DNA from: Scyliorhinus canicula
Lineage: Eukaryota
Assembly: GCF_902713615.1 (NCBI RefSeq)
Contig: NW_024055760.1
Span: 1,353,712-1,417,711 of the forward strand
DNA: 64,000 nucleotides
Direction: 5' to 3'
Shown here: one piece after another, positions 59,217 through 64,000 of the stretch
Layout of the letters: every line of letters begins with the position of its first letter
How positions within the stretch are numbered: the first letter of the stretch is position 1
Position numbers and translations under genes: made by a program
The notes under the pieces: generated by a model
Told to the model about the DNA's origin: nothing
Seen by the model: only the letters and a program-made list of their open reading frames with translations
The model's database searches: none

Positions 59217-59289
59217 CGAGCCAGCCAGGAGTCGAACCTGGAATCTCCTAATTCGTAGTCAGATGCGGTATCCATTGCGCCACTGGCCC
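59217..59289 (-). tRNA. tRNA-Arg(ACG)
   Basis: 73 nt; acceptor and T stems canonical; anticodon stem has two G:U pairs; T4 10 nt downstream. Confidence 0.85.
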
Positions 59290-59384
59290 ACAGCAGTTCC
59301 AAACTCGTGCTATTCCTCGATGGATGAAGATCAGTTACGAGATTGAGGTAATATTCAGCAACAGACTAAACTGGAAGCACCAGA

Positions 59385-59457
59385 TGTTTCTGCCCGGTTC
59401 CGAACCGGGGACCATTCGCGTGTAAAGCGAATATGGTAACCACTACACCACAGAAAC
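59385..59457 (-). tRNA. tRNA-Val(TAC), A58G variant
   Basis: Perfect GTTTCTG/CAGAAAC acceptor stem; TTCGC TT TAC AC GCGAA; T-loop TTCGGAA. Confidence 0.8.
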
Positions 59458-61286
59458 AGCTTTGCACGGTTCAGCTTTGCTGAGAGGCCATGTCACTTCT
59501 TAAAGAACACGTCTGTTTCTTTAAAACAGATGTTTAAACTTACAAGCCAGAAGAAGAAACTTATATTGAACTGAAGAATTTGTTCAGCAAATCTCTAATG
59601 GCGAAATGCTCTCTTCTATTATTAATGCAGCATTCTGAAATCCTACAGAACAAAGCAACCGACTTTACACAATATTTGTTTCGTTATTCAATGCTTGAGT
59701 TGAGTTTCGAATTGACAATTATGTGTTTCTTATATTTGACCTCTTTGTGTTTTGGTGTGTAACATGCTGCAGCCTAAATACCGTTCATTGTAGAAGAAAG
59801 GAGGGGTAATTGTAAATCAACTTTGAGCCTGGATTCCCACACTGGCTTTTCCTGTTTATCCATCAGGAAGACCGTTTTTTCCTATCTCAAAGTTGGTTCA
59901 GTTAAGTCTCTGGCATTTCCTCTAAGCCAGTTACAGCATCGTTTGTGTCTGTCCTTTTGAGTACCTCCCAACACACACACATGGAAAACCGAGGAGATGG
60001 ACCATCCGAGCCTCCCTCGAAAACTCAATGGGGGAACAGGACTTCTACACCACCCCCCCCCCCCCCCCCCACCCGCTCCCCACTTCGCCGTTCAAAATGA
60101 GCGTAAATATAAAGTTAAAAGTTCTGACTTTGATTGTAAATATAAATGTACAAAAGGAAATGTGAGCACAGAACCTGGTTCACAGTGAAAGTGACGACCT
60201 GTTTTACAGATGTTTATGACGTTGCTGTTGCTTTGTTTCTTCTTTTGTATTCTTACCAATGGCTCTGTCTCATGTTGTGCATACACCTTTGTTACTAAAT
60301 GTTAAAAATCCCAATGAAAGTATTTGTGAAAAAGAGTCAATCACATTGCTGTGGATCTGCAGTCTCCTGTAGAACTGTATTTTTTACAATAACAAACCTG
60401 AATGATTTAAATTCCAACACCCGCCATGGTGAGATTCAAACAAGGATTTCTGATTTATTTACCCAGTGATAATGCCACGAGGTCACCACCTCCCCACTGA
60501 CAGCCTCGAGTTCCAAAATAACAATTTTCACTGAAACATACGCTCATTTTGAAGAGTCCACCGTCAACATCCCCGAGAATGTGCTGCCTGACTCAGAGGT
60601 GGCGGTAAAAGTGGTTCCTGTCGGGCGTTTGTCGAGTGCTGCTGGGAAGGGGTAAACTGCTTTGGCAGGAGGGGTGGAACTGATTGGTAAATTCAGATGT
60701 GGAATAATCAAGAATGGGCCTGGAAGGTGGAAAATCATTGGGTGCATCTGGACAACAAAGGAATCCATTGATAGAAAATAAAAAGGAAGATTTGACAGTG
60801 GCAATGGGGATATAATTCAATATGGTGAGCACAGTAAACAAAATAGGCCAGTTTAGGGCACCGATAAGAGTATGAATTAATAGTTACTGCAGAAACAGAT
60901 AGAGAGGGACCGAATGGCAGTTCAATATTCCTCCTGTCAGGGTTTTCAGACAGAGATAGACAGGCTAAATTGGTTAGATAGTCAATTACAAAATGACAAG
61001 GGATGATATGTTGGAAGATGACCAATTGACGACACACCGATTGAGTGTAGGGCCAATAAAGGCGCTCTCATGCTACTGGGAGTGCATTACAGACCCTCAA
61101 ACAGTCAGAAGGAGATCAAATGGTAAATATTCAGGTAAATCTTTTAAAAGTGTGGAAGCAATGAGGAAACAATCATTTCCGAGATCCATTTGACGCCTTG
61201 GATGACGATGACTCGTCGCACAAACACCATGTTGTCTCTCCTATACCGAGTGCAGTGAACAGAAAAACATGGTGAGCGAATTAGTG

Positions 61287-64000
61287 TCAGCTTTAAGTTG
61301 CTGCATCACACCCACTGAGAACTGAATTGAGGGTCACACAGAAACATGGACCAGCAATTGCCCATCAAAGAGAGGGGAAAGGGAAATGATTAACCCACTC
61401 ACTGTACCCCCACTCTCCCAACAGAGAGAGTGGGAGGGCCTTTAGTTAATCCATTACACCCCTACTTTCCCAACAGAGAGAGGAGGAGGGGCTTTCCTTT
61501 ATCCTCTATGTGCTCACTTCCTCAAAAGAGAGAGAGGGGAGGGGAATTATTTAATCCACTGTACCCCCACTTCACCAACAGAGAGAGGCGGGGGGCCTTT
61601 AGTTAATCCATAGTACGCGACTTCCACAAAAAGTTACCCCCACTCTCCCCACAGAGAGAGGCGGAGGGCCTTTAGTTAATGCACTGTACCCCCACTCTCC
61701 CCACAGAGAGAGGAGGAGGATCTTTAGTTAATCCACTATACCCCTACTTCCCCAACAGAGAGAGGGGGAGGGCCTTTTGTTCGTCCACTGTACACCTACT
61801 TTCCCAACAGAGAGATGGGGAGGGGCATTCCTTTATCCTCTGTGTGCTCACTTCCTCAAAATCAGAGCGGGGAGGGAAATTCGTTAATCCACTGTACCCC
61901 TACTTTCCCAACAGAGAGAGGAGGAAGGGGCAGTAGTTAATCCACTCTGTCCCCATTTACCCAAAAAAGAGAGGGGAAGAGGCATTCGGAAATGCCCTGC
62001 ACCCCAACTCCCTAACAAAGCGGAAGGGATATTAGTTAACCCACTGTGACCCCACTTCCACACCAATGCGTGGAAGGTGAAATATTTAATACACTGTATC
62101 CCCAATTCCCCATCAAATAAAGGTGGGGAGTTTGTTAACACAGTGTACCACACTTTCCCAACAGAGAGAGGAGGGAGGGGCATTAGTTAATCCACTGTAC
62201 CCCAACATCCCGAACAGAGAGAGGGGAGGGGCATTAGTTAATGCACTGTACCCCCACATCGCGAACAGAGAGGGGGAGGGACATTAGTTAACCCACTGTA
62301 CCCCCACATCCCGAATAGAGAGGGGGCATTAGTTAAGCCACTGTACCCTCACTTCACCAACAGAGAGGCGGGAGGGGCAGTAGTTAATCCACTGTGTCCC
62401 CATTTACCCAAAAAAAGAGAGGATAAGAGGCATTCGAAAATGCCCTGCACCCCAACTGCCTAACAACGCGGAAGGGACATTAGTTAACCCACTGTGACCC
62501 CACTTCCACACCAATGCGTGGGGGGGTTGCAGTATTTAATACATTGTATCCCCAATTCCCCACCAATAAAGGAGGGGAGTTTGTTAACACACTTCCCCAA
62601 CAGAGAGAGGGTGAGGGGCGTCAGTTGATCACTGTACCCCCACTTCGACAACAGAGAAAAACATAGAAACATAGAAAATTCAGCACAGAACAGGCCCTTC
62701 GGCCCACAATGTTGTGCCGAACTTTTGTCCTCGATTAAGAACAAATCAATCTACACCCCAGCATTCTACCATAATCCATGCACCTATCCAATAGCCGCTT
62801 GAGGGTACCCAATGTTTCCGACTGAACTACTTCCACAGGCAGTGCATTCCATGCTCCCACTACTCTCTGGGTAAAGAACCTACCTCTGACATCCCCCCTA
62901 TATCTTCCACCATTCACCTTAAACGTATGTCCCCTTGTAATGGTTTGTTCCACCCGAGGAAAATGTCCCTGACTGTCTGCTCTATCTATTCCTCTGGTCA
63001 TTTTATAAACCTCTATCAAGTCGCCCCTCATCCTTCTCCGTTCTAATGAGAAAAGGCCTAGCACCCTCAACCTTTCCTCGTAAGACCTACTCTCCATTCC
63101 AGGTAACATCCTGGTAAATCTCCTTTGCACCTTTTCCAAAGCTTCCACATCCTTCCTAAAATGAGGCAACCAAAACTGCACAGAGTACTCCAACTGTGGC
63201 CTGACCAAGGTTTTGTACAGCTGCATCATCACCTCATGGCTCTTAAATTCAATCCCTCTGCTAATGAACGCAGGCACACCATAGGCCTTCTGCAGAGCTC
63301 TAGCCACCTGAGTGGCAACTTTCAAAGATCTATGGACATAGATCCCAAGATCTCTCTGCTCCTCCACATTTCCAAGAACCCTACCGTTAACCCTGTATTC
63401 CGCATTCATATTTGTCCTTCCAGAATGGACAACCTCACACTTGTCAGGGTTAAACTCCATCTGCCACTTCTCAGCCCAGCTCTGCATTCTATCTATGTCT
63501 TTTTGCAGCCGACAACAACCCTCCTCACTATCCACAACTCCACCAATCTTCGTATCATCTGCAAATTTATTGACCCACCATTCAACTCCCTCATCCAAGT
63601 CGTTAATGAAAATCACAAACAGTAGAGGGCCCAGAACTGATCCCTACGGTACGCCACTGGTAACTGGGCTCCAAGCTGAATATTTGCCATCCACCACCAG
63701 GAGGCACATTAGTTAATCCACTGTACTCCCACTCCAACAACAGAGAGGGAAGGGGCATTAGTTAATGCACTGTACCCCCACATCCCGAACAGAGAGGGGG
63801 AGGGGCATTATTTAACCCACTGTACCCCCACATCCCGAACATAGAGGGGGAGAAGCATTAATTAATCCACTGTACCACCAATTCAACAACAGAGAGGGGA
63901 GGGAATTATTTAATCCACTGTACATCCGCTTCCCCAACAAAGAGAGTGGGAGGGGCATTAGTTAATCCACTGTACACCCACTTCCCCAACAAAAAGAGAG
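61287..64000. repeat. Minisatellite block, inverted paralogue of 31205-33221, interrupted by CR1
   Basis: Units TTAGTTAATCCACTGTACCCC...; the unique flank and higher-order variant units are reverse complements of the first block. Confidence 0.9.
62660..63699 (-). mobile_element. CR1 LINE 3' fragment
   Basis: Open 293-aa RT C-terminus (KFADDTKIGG, WAEKWQMEFN); acatagaa tail. Confidence 0.92.

Noticed and set aside
60181-60220. Other CACAGTG/CACTGTG heptamers (also near 22993, 42096 and 53309)
   Set aside because: No nonamer at 12 or 23 bp and no adjacent V, D or J coding sequence.
60555-60651. Possible orphan exon (STVNIPENVLPDSEVAVKVVPVGRLSSAAGK) with AG/GT ends
   Set aside because: Short, no recognisable family, and no phase-compatible partner exon; a tBLASTn or RNA-seq hit would be needed.
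61184-61271. Possible exon (DPFDALDDDDSSHKHHVVSPIPSAVNRKT) ending at GTGAGC
   Set aside because: Weak acceptor, no homology recognised.

Overview
Eukaryotic genomic DNA from a cartilaginous fish, probably a catshark-like elasmobranch (judged from the HE1/V-SINE, CR1 and shark IgM sequences; not database-checked). A 100-N scaffold gap at 44539-44638 splits the window. Left contig: a cluster of tandem C2H2 zinc-finger genes on the minus strand (one running off the left edge, one intact 12-finger ORF, several remnants, NRF1/YY1/CCAAT CpG promoters), abutting a minus-strand IgM heavy-chain constant region (Cmu1-Cmu4, secretory tail, TM1, TM2). The IgM region carries frameshifts and stops, and no VH, D or JH was found. 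Right contig: a mostly degenerate tRNA cluster (Arg-ACG x2, Asn-GTT x2, Val x4, His-GTG, Pro x5), partly arranged as a ~3.8-kb fold-back palindrome. The rest is dense TE sequence (CR1, L1, Rex1-like, L2-like, Penelope, V-SINEs, a Harbinger MITE, a solo LTR) and satellites. Most interesting observations: (1) tRNA-Pro genes with introns at the canonical 37/38 position, atypical for vertebrates; (2) an orphan TCR-alpha/delta-like V segment with a 23-RSS lodged in the tRNA palindrome upstream of the IgM C region; (3) a SINE-derived AGCT-rich, switch-like 14 x 29-bp array 500 bp upstream of Cmu1; (4) minimal hammerhead-like motifs in Penelope terminal repeats. All coordinates were read by eye; TE edges are approximate. 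Many single-base indels look like uncorrected long-read error.
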